This document shows positions 18,950 through 27,989 of a stretch of 64,000 nt of DNA, piece by piece. Each line of letters begins with the position of its first letter. The first letter of the stretch is position 1. The DNA comes from an uncultured Verrucomicrobiae bacterium (GTDB lineage: Bacteria > Verrucomicrobiota > Verrucomicrobiia > Chthoniobacterales > JAFAMB01). Under the pieces are notes generated by a model. That model ran no database searches. It was not told the DNA's origin and saw nothing but the letters and a program-made list of their open reading frames with translations. Made by a program: the position numbers and the translations under genes. The stretch covers positions 196,515 through 260,514 of the forward strand of contig CAWEXO010000008.1 of assembly GCA_963813025.1 (NCBI GenBank), in the 5' to 3' direction.

Positions 18950-20881
18950 ATGTCTCCGTGGCTCCCCGTCCCTCGTCGCCGTGTCACCCTGCACGCCGGC
19001 TTTTGGAAAACCTGGTGCGAACGCATTGGCCAGATCACAATCCCTCATCTGCTCAATCAGATGCGGCATCAAGGTCAGGTAGATGCTCTCGCACTTGACC
19101 CGCGCCTGCACCGAGGCCGTGAACTGGCCGATCACTGGTATTGGGGCGGCAGCGTCTTTTGGGATTCTGATCTCGCGAAATGGTTGGAAGCAGCCTCGTA
19201 CTGGCTTGAACACCGCAACGACCCGACTTTGGACGCGCAAGTCGATGACGTGATTGTCCGGCTAACGAAAGCGCAGCAGCCGGACGGTTACCTCAATAGT
19301 CATATTCTGACTTGGCGACCAAATCACCGGTTCAAAAATCTGCGAGACCTCCACGAACTCTACTGCGCCGGACACCTGATCGAAGCCGGTGTTGCCCACT
19401 TCGAAGCGACCGGCAAACGCACGCTATTGGATCTTGTCCGGCGCTACGCCGACTACCTGACAACCGTGTTCGGCAAAGACAAACTACCTGGGTACTGTGG
19501 TCATCCCGAAGTCGAATTAGCTTTGATCCGGCTTTATCGCCTGACCGGAGAACAACGGTACCTGGATCTCTGCCGATTCTTTATCGAAGAACGTGGTCAA
19601 TCGCCCAACTATTTCGAGCGTGAAGCAATTAGCCGGATGGACGCAACACCTTTCCGGCCCAACCACCCGGGTTCACCCTACGCTTACATGCAAGCGCATA
19701 TGCCTATCCGGGAACAAACGAAGCTGGTTGGTCACGCGGTTCGGGCCATGTACTTGCTCTGCGCCGTGGCCGACCTCGCGATTGAACTTGGCGACGAATC
19801 CTTGCGCGAGGCGGCAGAAAGACTCTGGACCGATGCGATTGCCACCAAGCTTTACCTCACTGGCGGGCTTGGCTCTGACGCCGAAAATGAAGGATTTACG
19901 CGCGACTATGACCTACCCAACGAGAACGCGTACGCCGAAACCTGCGCCTCAATCGGTCTTTTCCTGTTCGCCCATCGCTTGCTCCAGTTCGGCCCCAACC
20001 GCCAATACAGCGATGTCATGGAACTCGCTTTGTACAACAATATTCTGTCCGGCGTCGGATTGGACGGTCGGTCTTTCTTTTACGAAAACCCGCTCGCCAG
20101 CCGGGGCCGGCATCGCAGGATCGGGTGGCCCTGGTGGTGCCCCTGTTGTCCACCGAATCTCGCCCGGCTGCTCTCCTCAATCTCTGGCTACGTTTTCAGT
20201 GAAAGCAAGAACTGTTTCGCCGTTCACCACTATATCAACTGCGAAACAACCATTAGCGGCCACACAGTTCGCCTGACGACCGGATTACCCTTCGATGGTC
20301 CCACGCAGCTCGTCTTCAAGAGCGCTTTCTCCAATGCTCCGGACGACCAGCATCGATCGGAAACAACCCTTTTCCTTCGCCTTCCCGCGTGGTCCGCGCG
20401 CCCAACGCTCACCCTTAACGGCGACGAACAACCGGTCGAACTCGAGAACGGCTACGCGAAAGTTTCGCGCGCCTGGCAAACAAACGACCGCCTCGAAATC
20501 GACTTCGATCTACCCATCCGCAAACAGTACGCGCGCTACGAAGTGCAGTCAGACCGGGGCCGATTGGCTCTCAGTCGCGGACCTCTGATTTACTGCCTGG
20601 AAGAAGCCGATAACGGGAAAGACCTGGATACATTCGTGGTTTCCGATCAGGCAGAATTTGCACCGGTCACCGACCCGAACGTCTTAGACGGGTTACCGGC
20701 CGTGGAGGGGCCCGCGTTGCATGAAAGCGTATGCTCCACGGCTCTTTATCAGAGCGCCCCTCCAACAACTGAACCAGCGCGCATTCTCGCCATCCCTTAC
20801 TTCGCATGGGCTAACCGCGCTCCCGGCGAGATGCAAGTCTGGCTTCGGCGCGGCTCCGCGGGCGCTGACCGATGTCCCTGA
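18950..20881 (+). CDS. GH127 beta-L-arabinofuranosidase-like glycoside hydrolase
   Basis: DSDLAKWLEA, HELYCAGH, GHPEVELAL, GHAVRAMY, YAETCAS, CCPPN, IPYFAWANR. Confidence 0.94.
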   Translation: MSPWLPVPRRRVTLHAGFWKTWCERIGQITIPHLLNQMRHQGQVDALALDPRLHRGRELADHWYWGGSVFWDSDLAKWLEAASYWLEHRNDPTLDAQVDDVIVRLTKAQQPDGYLNSHILTWRPNHRFKNLRDLHELYCAGHLIEAGVAHFEATGKRTLLDLVRRYADYLTTVFGKDKLPGYCGHPEVELALIRLYRLTGEQRYLDLCRFFIEERGQSPNYFEREAISRMDATPFRPNHPGSPYAYMQAHMPIREQTKLVGHAVRAMYLLCAVADLAIELGDESLREAAERLWTDAIATKLYLTGGLGSDAENEGFTRDYDLPNENAYAETCASIGLFLFAHRLLQFGPNRQYSDVMELALYNNILSGVGLDGRSFFYENPLASRGRHRRIGWPWWCPCCPPNLARLLSSISGYVFSESKNCFAVHHYINCETTISGHTVRLTTGLPFDGPTQLVFKSAFSNAPDDQHRSETTLFLRLPAWSARPTLTLNGDEQPVELENGYAKVSRAWQTNDRLEIDFDLPIRKQYARYEVQSDRGRLALSRGPLIYCLEEADNGKDLDTFVVSDQAEFAPVTDPNVLDGLPAVEGPALHESVCSTALYQSAPPTTEPARILAIPYFAWANRAPGEMQVWLRRGSAGADRCP

Positions 20882-21124
20882 GCAGCGCATCGAATGGCAA
20901 GCCTTCGCGGCCTCAACCCCACTCGCTTGCTCTTTGCCATCCGGATCTTCCAACACGACCTTGCAACCATTCACGCGGACCGCCCGATGGCTTCCCTCCT
21001 CGCGTCGAAACCTGGCCACCATGTCGGCACCGGTTCTCCGTTACAAACGTTTGGCCCAAAGCCGCGCGGCACTCGTGGAGTACCTCAATGGACAATGACC
21101 GATGGTGTCCGGCCATTGCCCGCA

Positions 21125-21715
21125 CTATCTTTCCACGATCACCCAGATGTTCGTCTGACCGGCCCAGTTAAACAGTTCTTGGGCATGCGGCGCTCCCACA
21201 TGGATGCAACCATGTGACTCGACATTCGGATCACCTTGATGAATCGCTTCTCCGCCGTGATAGAACAGCGAGAACGCCATGTTATCTTTCCCGGGAAACT
21301 CACTGCTGCTGTGATGACGCAATCGGCGAGAAGTCATTTGGAAAACCCCTACCGTCGAGCGAAAACCGGGCCTTCCTCCGATGACTGGACTAATGTACAG
21401 CGCCATTGTTCCATCCACATACGCAGTTAGTTCGCGATCGAACAGATTAACCAGAATACTACGTGCCTGGGGAGCGCTCGGAACATCGCCCGCCCCTGGT
21501 CCGTCAGCCGGTAATTTGTCGTTTGTGATCGGGCCAACGACTCCATCCACCGAAAGCCCATTCTGAAATTGGAACTCCATCACCCGAGCCATCGTGAGTG
21601 CATCGAAATTCCCATTGCCCGTTAACCGGGGCAACCGGGTCGGACCGACAAAGTTCAGAGCGATCTGTACATTTTCAACAGCTTGGCCGCTATCGCCATA
21701 TTTAAGATTTTGCAT
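21125..21715 (-). CDS. Peptidoglycan-binding domain + L,D-transpeptidase
   Basis: PG_binding_1 (LKYGDSG..V..VQ..L; FQ..NGLSVDGVVGP.T); YkuD motif AIHQG...SHGCIH. Confidence 0.88.
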   Translation of the reverse strand: MQNLKYGDSGQAVENVQIALNFVGPTRLPRLTGNGNFDALTMARVMEFQFQNGLSVDGVVGPITNDKLPADGPGAGDVPSAPQARSILVNLFDRELTAYVDGTMALYISPVIGGRPGFRSTVGVFQMTSRRLRHHSSSEFPGKDNMAFSLFYHGGEAIHQGDPNVESHGCIHVGAPHAQELFNWAGQTNIWVIVER

Positions 21716-21867
21716 AATAAGATCCGAGGTTAACCGCGCCTCTCAAGCGTCGCTATGACCCGTTCGAGTAAGCGCACGGTTTTCTTGGAATCGCCGTATT
21801 CCTTAATTCGAACGAGCCGCGCGTACTTTGGAGTTTGCGATTGCTTCAGGCGATGCTCCGCTACGAC

Positions 21868-22797
21868 ATGCTGACAACTGAAATCGCCACCGGCCTTTAT
21901 CACCTCGATCTCGGCTTCGTGAACGTCTACTTCATCGGTGAAAGAGATCACTCCTGGTTCTTGATTGACACCGGCGTGTCCAACAGCGCCGAAAAGATTC
22001 GCGCCGCGGCCCGCGAACGATTCGACAAGACTATACCGTCCGCCATTTTGCTGACGCACGGTCATGCCGACCATTCCGGTTCTGTCAAGGAACTTGCTCA
22101 TTTCTGGAATGTCCCGGTCTATGTGCATCCGGCGGAGTTACCATTTTTAAGTGGCTTCGCGACCTATCCTCCACCAGACCCAACGGTTGGCGGCTTTCTG
22201 GCTTTGCTGACCCGGTTGATGCCGGGCAAGCCGCTAGACCTCAGCGATCTATCCCTGCTCAACTACCCTCCAGATGGCATTTGTCCGGCCGGTCTCCAAC
22301 AATGGCAATGGATTCATACTCCCGGCCACGCGCCTGGGCAGATCAGCTTGTACCGGAAACGCGATGGCGTATTGATTGTTGGAGACGCGCTTGCAACGAT
22401 GAATCTGGATTGTTTTGCCAGCGTCCTTCGCAAAAGCAAAGCGCTCAGCCGTCCGCCCGCTCCGGTAACCTTTGACTGGGAGGCTGCCCAGCAATCGGTG
22501 AAAAGATTAGCAGCTCTCGGACCAGCAATTGTCGCGGCCGGCCACGGTCAACCGATGTCGGGCGCCGATTTACCCGATAAATTGCAAACCTTTGCGGAGA
22601 CGATGCGCCCACCGCGGCGCGGCCGCTATGTACGGAATCCAGCCCGCGTCGATGCCAGCGGCATCACTTATTTGCCGCCCGAGCCGGCCTCCGCGTTCCG
22701 GTCGCCCTGGGTCGCCGTTGCCCTTGCCGGCCTCCTGCTGCTGCTCACTCTTCTGGGCCTTCGGTTTCGCCGGGCTCCGCGACGCATTAACGTCTGA
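21868..22797 (+). CDS. MBL-fold metallo-hydrolase with C-terminal TM anchor
   Basis: LIDTG, THGHADHSG, HTPGHAPG, VGDA, GHG; C-terminal hydrophobic helix followed by basic residues. Confidence 0.9.
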   Translation: MLTTEIATGLYHLDLGFVNVYFIGERDHSWFLIDTGVSNSAEKIRAAARERFDKTIPSAILLTHGHADHSGSVKELAHFWNVPVYVHPAELPFLSGFATYPPPDPTVGGFLALLTRLMPGKPLDLSDLSLLNYPPDGICPAGLQQWQWIHTPGHAPGQISLYRKRDGVLIVGDALATMNLDCFASVLRKSKALSRPPAPVTFDWEAAQQSVKRLAALGPAIVAAGHGQPMSGADLPDKLQTFAETMRPPRRGRYVRNPARVDASGITYLPPEPASAFRSPWVAVALAGLLLLLTLLGLRFRRAPRRINV

Positions 22798-22854
22798 GGA
22801 AATCACCTAAACACATGGCCGTTCAGGCGCTTTTTTATTGGTTCGACCTTTGCA

Positions 22855-23252
22855 TCACGGGCTGATCGGCGTGACCGATGGAAAGTACGTTCGATAGCGA
22901 GCAACGTCACGGGTAAGCAGGGCCATACCTTCAATGGCGGCGTGAGCGCCAATGTAGAAATCAGGCAGCGGCGCTCGTTTCTGGCCACCTCGACGACGAT
23001 ATTGGAGGAAGCACTGGGCGGCGAGAAACCGGCGTCGTAGGGGAGCGGCAAACGCTGAAAATTCCCCGGCGAAAGCGCCTCATCCAGCACCTCGATTGTG
23101 AGAAATCCCAAGGAAACTTCTGCGTATATGATCGGGTTGATCGCCAGAACTTCGCGTTCCGCATGATAGACGAGTTTTTCTTCCGACCAGGCCGACCACC
23201 GTGGATCGGCGGTCAGCACATCGAGCAGCACGCTTGTGTCGACCAGGACCAT
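22855..23252 (-). pseudogene. vapC: VapC PIN-domain toxin, frameshifted as assembled
   Basis: MVLVDTSVLLD...INPIIYAEVS...YDAGF, then one base is missing near 23025-23030. The other frame gives AAQCFLQYRRRGGQKRAPLPDFYIGAHAAIEGMALLTRD...ISP*. Confidence 0.88.
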
Positions 23253-23257
23253 TTCGA

Positions 23258-23494
23258 TCAGGTTTCGCTACGCACCAGCTTCAGGAGTTCGTCTGTCGAA
23301 CGTTGACCGGATATCTTCCCCCGCAGTTTCTCGACGAGGGCTCGGCCCCGACCGGACGAGCGGCTGGACTTGCGCAGCCGCAGTTCATTTCCTTTAGGAC
23401 TGACCACAAACTCAACCTCGGTATTTGGCAAAAGACCAAACTGTTCTCGAAAACGCTGCGGGATCGTTACTTGGCCTTTCGAGGTAATGCGCAT
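23258..23494 (-). CDS. AbrB/MazE/SpoVT-family antitoxin
   Basis: MRITSKGQVTIPQRFREQFGL.P..EVEF; immediately upstream of the PIN toxin. Confidence 0.92.
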   Translation of the reverse strand: MRITSKGQVTIPQRFREQFGLLPNTEVEFVVSPKGNELRLRKSSRSSGRGRALVEKLRGKISGQRSTDELLKLVRSET

Positions 23495-23515
23495 TCTTAC
23501 TCTTACCGGTAGTAC

Positions 23516-24643
23516 TAGTGCCTAATTGCGTAAGTTAGTTATATGTATGGCGACTTTCCCCTGATGTACCTGGGATTTGGTCCATTCGAAGGGAGCCGCA
23601 TTGTTATTGTAGTTCTTGATGAAGGTGTCGATGGCGTTGCGCAGCTCTGCCACGCTGGTGAAGTTTGCCCCCTGGAGGGCTTGGCGGCTCAAGATACTAA
23701 ACCAGATCTCAATCTGGTTGAGCCAAGAAGCGTGGGTTGGAGTGAAATGAAAATGCACATTGGGGTGAGCCTTCAACCAGCGATCTTGCTTTGGCTTATG
23801 GGTCGCAAGGTTGTCTAAGACCACATGAATTTCTTTGTCGAGATTTCCGGCAACTACCTGGTTCATAAACTCCAGGAATTCCCGTCGGCGCTGGCGCCGG
23901 TAATGACCAGCCTGCACTTGGCCGCTGGCAATGTTGAGGGCGGCAAAGAGAGTGGAGGTGCCATGGCGCTTGTACTCGTGGCTAAAACCCGTCAGCGCCC
24001 TGCCATTGGGCAAGCGAATCCAACCTTGGGCTCTTTCCAGGGCTTGAATGGCTGGTTTTTCATCAATGGCCAAGATGAGCGCATTCTGGGGCGGATTGAG
24101 ATAAAGACCGACAATGTCAGCGGCCTTGCGCACAAACTCCGGATCGGTGGAAATGCACCAGCTGCGGCGCCGTTCCAATTCAATGCCTTGTTGGCGCAAA
24201 ATGCGCCAGACTTGATCGGAGGAAACATCGGCCAGACTCTGCGCCAGCAGTCGCCCATTCCAGCGCCCGTAGCCCGCCGGTGGATCTTCATCCAGCAGCG
24301 CCAAGACCCGCTTGACCGTCATTTGATCATACTTGGCCGGCTTTCCACTGCGTGGCGCGTCTTCCAAGCCAGCCAGGCCTTGGCGCACAAAGCGCCGCCG
24401 CCATTTACTCACCGTCACCTCGGGAATGCGCAGGCTCTTGGCAATCGCACGTCCACTCAAGCCCGCTGCCGCCTTCAAGATAATCTGACTCCTGACCTTG
24501 AGCCGGTGTTCGACCCGTTGCGCTCGACTCCAACCCTCCAAGAGCTTGCGGTTTTCCACAGAAAGTTTGATGCAACCCATTGCCATCCATCCAACAAATC
24601 ATAATTTTTCATAAATATAAAGAACTAAAGCAACTAAGTACTA
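23516..24643 (-). mobile_element. IS630-family insertion sequence with TA target duplication
   Basis: Imperfect terminal IRs CTAGTGCCTAATTGCGTAAGTT versus the reverse complement of the right end, CTAGTACTTAGTTGCTTTAGTT (17/22). TA at 23516-17 and 24642-43, both in CTAG context. Confidence 0.93.
23522..24586 (-). CDS. IS630 transposase (DDE)
   Basis: HTH N-terminus (KWRRRF...GLEDAPRSGKP), IDEKP, YKRHGT, VLDNLATHK, HFTPTHASWLNQIEIWF. Confidence 0.96.
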   Translation of the reverse strand: MAMGCIKLSVENRKLLEGWSRAQRVEHRLKVRSQIILKAAAGLSGRAIAKSLRIPEVTVSKWRRRFVRQGLAGLEDAPRSGKPAKYDQMTVKRVLALLDEDPPAGYGRWNGRLLAQSLADVSSDQVWRILRQQGIELERRRSWCISTDPEFVRKAADIVGLYLNPPQNALILAIDEKPAIQALERAQGWIRLPNGRALTGFSHEYKRHGTSTLFAALNIASGQVQAGHYRRQRRREFLEFMNQVVAGNLDKEIHVVLDNLATHKPKQDRWLKAHPNVHFHFTPTHASWLNQIEIWFSILSRQALQGANFTSVAELRNAIDTFIKNYNNNAAPFEWTKSQVHQGKVAIHITNLRN

Positions 24644-24807
24644 GTTTCAGTCAACGCTTTCCCGGGTCCGGGAAGCTTAGCCAAAATCCGCGAGACGTCT
24701 TAGCACACCGATTCCGTCCGTTTGGCAGGCCACAGCCGGCAATCATTCGTGACCAACAGGTCTGCCTGAAAGGGTTGACATCGGATGATAGACTAGCCTT
24801 TCAAACC

Positions 24808-27135
24808 ATGGTCACCAGCCCCTGCGCGCCAGGAGATGCTTTCAAGCCTGCTTTCGTCGTTGGCGTTACCGGGCACATGGACCTCGATCCGGCCGAACGA
24901 GATCGAATCAAAACCGAGGTAAAACGGGTCTTCAATTGGCTTCGCGCTTCACCGGGCGATCGGGGCGATGTGAGTCTCGGTCCAGGTCTCGCCCTGAAGA
25001 ACACGCCCATCATTCTGCTCTCCTCTCTGGCGCCGGGCGCGGACCAGTTAGTGGTCGAGGCGGCTCGAGAAACGGATCCGCCCGTCCGAGTATTGGCTCC
25101 TCTGCCTTTCCTCAAAGACCAGTATTTGGAGGCTTCCACGTTCAAACAGGATGGCGTTACAAAAGATGAAGCCGCGAGCAAGTTTCTCGCAGATTTTCCC
25201 GAAGAGGATGCTTTCGTGGTCCGTCTCCTCAATGAGATCGATCTCGACGATGACGCATTGCGCGCCAAACACAGATCCATTCTCATCGGCCCGGCTGGCA
25301 AACTGGAGCGTGACCGCCGCTACGCCGCTGCGGGCGAATACGTGGCTGCCTACTGTGACATCCTCATCGCGTTGACTGACACGGCAATAGGCTGCCCGAC
25401 GTACAACATGCTCGTCGGCCCAGGCGAAAACGAGGGCGCCCGGGCGGTCGCGGAGCTGAAACGGCGCGGAGTAACGCCGGGCCTCCTGCCTGTTCTGCCG
25501 ACGTTGAGTTGGGCCGACAACGGGCCCGTAATTCACGTTTACGCACCCCGAAAGCCGAAAGAAGCGCCTGCGATAGCAGCGACGTCCAGAGGTGCAGCAA
25601 GAAAGCAATTGGAGATGCTTTACCCCTACGACTGCCGGCCGCCCGAAGTCAGCGAAAAAGACCACGACAATCCCGCTTGGCGCAAAGCCGGTCACGCGAT
25701 CCTGCGAGCCATCGCGGAGCATTTGGAACGGTTGAATACCGAAAAAATTCAGATTGAACTAGCCCGAGAGAATAGAGCATTCGTTGAGATGCTGCCGGCC
25801 GCGATCCAATCAATCATCAGAAGCGTCGCGGAGTCACGCGCTTCCCGGGGCTGGCGAGCATCTCCAGACAACCCTTGATCGGATTGCTCGACTCCGGCGT
25901 CGCATTGCCGACTACAGTGCCCATTACAATGCGCGCCTAACCGGCCTGAAGCGCGCGCTATTCAGTCTCGCTTTTGGCGCTGCCCTCTTCTTCTCTTTGG
26001 CCGACAACTGGGATGTTGCCGTCTGGACACTGCCGCCAATCTTGTTCTTAACCGCCTTGGGACTGACATTTGCCGCCTGGATTGTTTATTTCCGCTTCAA
26101 AAGAACTGCGGCCGCCGAGCGCTGTGACGATTATCGCGCCATCGCGGAAGGACTGCGCGTGCAATTCTATTGGACGGCCTGCGGCAGCGGAGAGTCGGTT
26201 GCGTCGAACTATCTGCAACACCAGCGAGGCGAATTAGGCTGGATCCGTAACGTCATCAATGTCGCCGCCTTTCCACACGAGCCGAACCGCGTGCGATTTA
26301 ACCAGCTTTCGTTCGAGGAGCAACGTGCGACGTTGCAAAGCATCCGCGAAACTTGGATCGCCGGCCAGTGCACTTATTTTAAGAAGACCATCAGCGATCT
26401 TAATCTCCGACGTGAAGTTTTTTCGACTTACTCTCAAGTTTTGCTCTGGAGCGGATTTATCCTCTTCGCGTTCTTCTTTTTCTTTGCTCAACACACTTCC
26501 ACTCCGGTTGTGTCGCACATGCTTGCTCGTTCTCTCTTTGGTGCGGGTTCTCTTATCCTCGCCATGCTTTACCGCGAGACGTATGCTCGAGGGCGGGCAA
26601 CCGCCTCGCGCGGAGGGCAGGGCCAACCGGAGTCGTTGATTGGCGGATTCCGCCAGCGGTTTTTTTTGCTGCCCAGAATGTTTTTGCCGGATCGAGTACG
26701 GTCCCTGAAATGCGGAAACCTGATGCTTAACAGCCTGCTGTCAGCCGCCCTCGTCCTACTCATCGTCGGGACGGTTTATCTTCTCGAGGGAGTTGTGCCT
26801 TGGCTCCCGTCTGCCTACAAGCTTGGCAGTATTTCCAAGTATCTGGTCCTTGCCGGAGCCGTTCTCTGTGGCGCATGGGTGGAAGTTAACTTTTTCGCCG
26901 AACACATTCGCCATTACTCTTCCATGGCGTCTCTCTTCCAAGCTGCCGGCGTGCGCTTTGATGAATATTTTGATTGGCTGAAAAAGCCGGCAAGGACCAG
27001 ATAGAAGCGGTTGAAAAACAGGTTATCGCGAACATCCAATCCCTCATTGTGGCTGTGGGCCGCGAATCCCTTTCGGAGAACGCCGAGTGGCTCATCACCC
27101 ACCGAGCGCGGCCGCTCGAGCCGGTGAGCGTATGA
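24808..27135 (+). CDS. SLOG-domain + two SLATT-like transmembrane modules fusion (two frameshifts as assembled)
   Basis: SLOG-like: VGVTGH, LSSLAPGADQL, RYAAAGEYVAAYCDILIAL. After the shift at about 25800-25860: TM hairpin + DDYRAIAEGLRVQFYW; WIAGQCTYF + TM helices + YSSMASLFQAA. After the shift at about 27000: VGRESLSENAEWLITHRARPLE*. Confidence 0.72.
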
Positions 27136-27179
27136 ACTGCATTCGTCACAAATCGTCAGCGATTTGTGACGAATGCAGT
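27136..27179. terminator. Perfect 20-bp stem hairpin between convergent genes
   Basis: ACTGCATTCGTCACAAATCG-TCAG-CGATTTGTGACGAATGCAGT; no U-tract. Confidence 0.5.
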
Positions 27180-27181
27180 GG

Positions 27182-27745
27182 CTAAGGCCCGGCTAAGTGC
27201 AGCCAGTTCGTATCTGCCTTTTCGATGTTGCTGCTCGATATCACTCTTAAATCGCTTTCAGCGCGCCTTCATTCCCGCAAAGGTAAAGTTTCCCCTTATA
27301 GACAGCAAACGCGTCCGGACCATCGACATCCGCTAATACTCCGTTAGCTACTCCGTAGGAACAAAATGCGCCATACTGCGGAGCATATTTTCCGGGATCT
27401 TTGTCAAAATCGGCTTTATCCGCCGACCGAAACAAACAAGTACGTGGCGCCCTGATAAGTGCTCTAGGATCGCCGGATTCCCTTTGACCGGCTTCCCTTG
27501 TTTGAAGTAGGCGACCACGTCGTACCCCTTCAAGATAACTCCTTGACTATCTACGTTTACTTTGGCTGGTCGCACTTCCTTTCGCCTCCTTCGGAGATGC
27601 GTTTTGAGCCGGAACGTCTGGCTTCCTGCTATTCTGGGCAGGATCCAATGTTGGCTGCGTCGGAAGCGACAACCGCATTATTTCCAGCAACAGCCAGCGC
27701 GGCTAGCAAGGAAGCCGCAGTCAGCGAGTATAGGAGTCTTTTCAT
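27182..27745 (-). pseudogene. Secreted YHS-domain protein, multiple frameshifts as assembled
   Basis: Signal MKRLLYSLTAASLLAALAVA; pieces ILKGYDVVAYFKQGKPVKG, FDKDPGKYAPQYGAFCSYG, PDAFAVYKGKLYL and NIEKADTNW lie in different frames. Confidence 0.82.
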
Positions 27746-27830
27746 AATCCGACGTCCTTTAAGCGTCGTTCTGACTTAACATAGCCGAATAAAGAATCGG
27801 TAAAGGAACTTTTAATTTGCACTTATGTGT

Positions 27831-27969
27831 TTGGAGTGCGCGCGACTTGTCGCCGCTTTCGGATCACGCGGAGGTAGGAATCGACTGAGCGGATTTAACT
27901 GCGGCACAAGCTGGCAGCAATTTCTCTCGTAACCGTACATCCGGCGTCAGCAAAGCGGCGACAAGTCGC
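27831..27969. repeat. REP-like inverted repeat pair, family B
   Basis: TTGGAGTGCGCGCGACTTGTCGCCGCTTTCGGATCACGCGGAG (27831-27873) and AAAGCGGCGACAAGTCGC (27952-27969). Confidence 0.8.
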
Positions 27970-27989
27970 TATTGATTCCGAGACACGTA

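Noticed and set aside
20872..21217. Short ORFs between GH127 and the L,D-transpeptidase
   Set aside because: They overlap real genes and show no motif or convincing start.
23825..24604. 259-aa ORF antisense to the IS630 transposase
   Set aside because: Shadow ORF of the transposase with no recognisable motifs.
24775..24794. TTGACA...TAGACT sigma70 promoter for the SLOG-SLATT gene
   Set aside because: Spacing is only 8 bp, incompatible with a -35/-10 pair.
27182..27745. YHS protein as a selenoprotein explaining the broken ORF
   Set aside because: The motif codon is TGT (Cys, GAFCSYG), and the breaks are frameshifts rather than an in-frame TGA.
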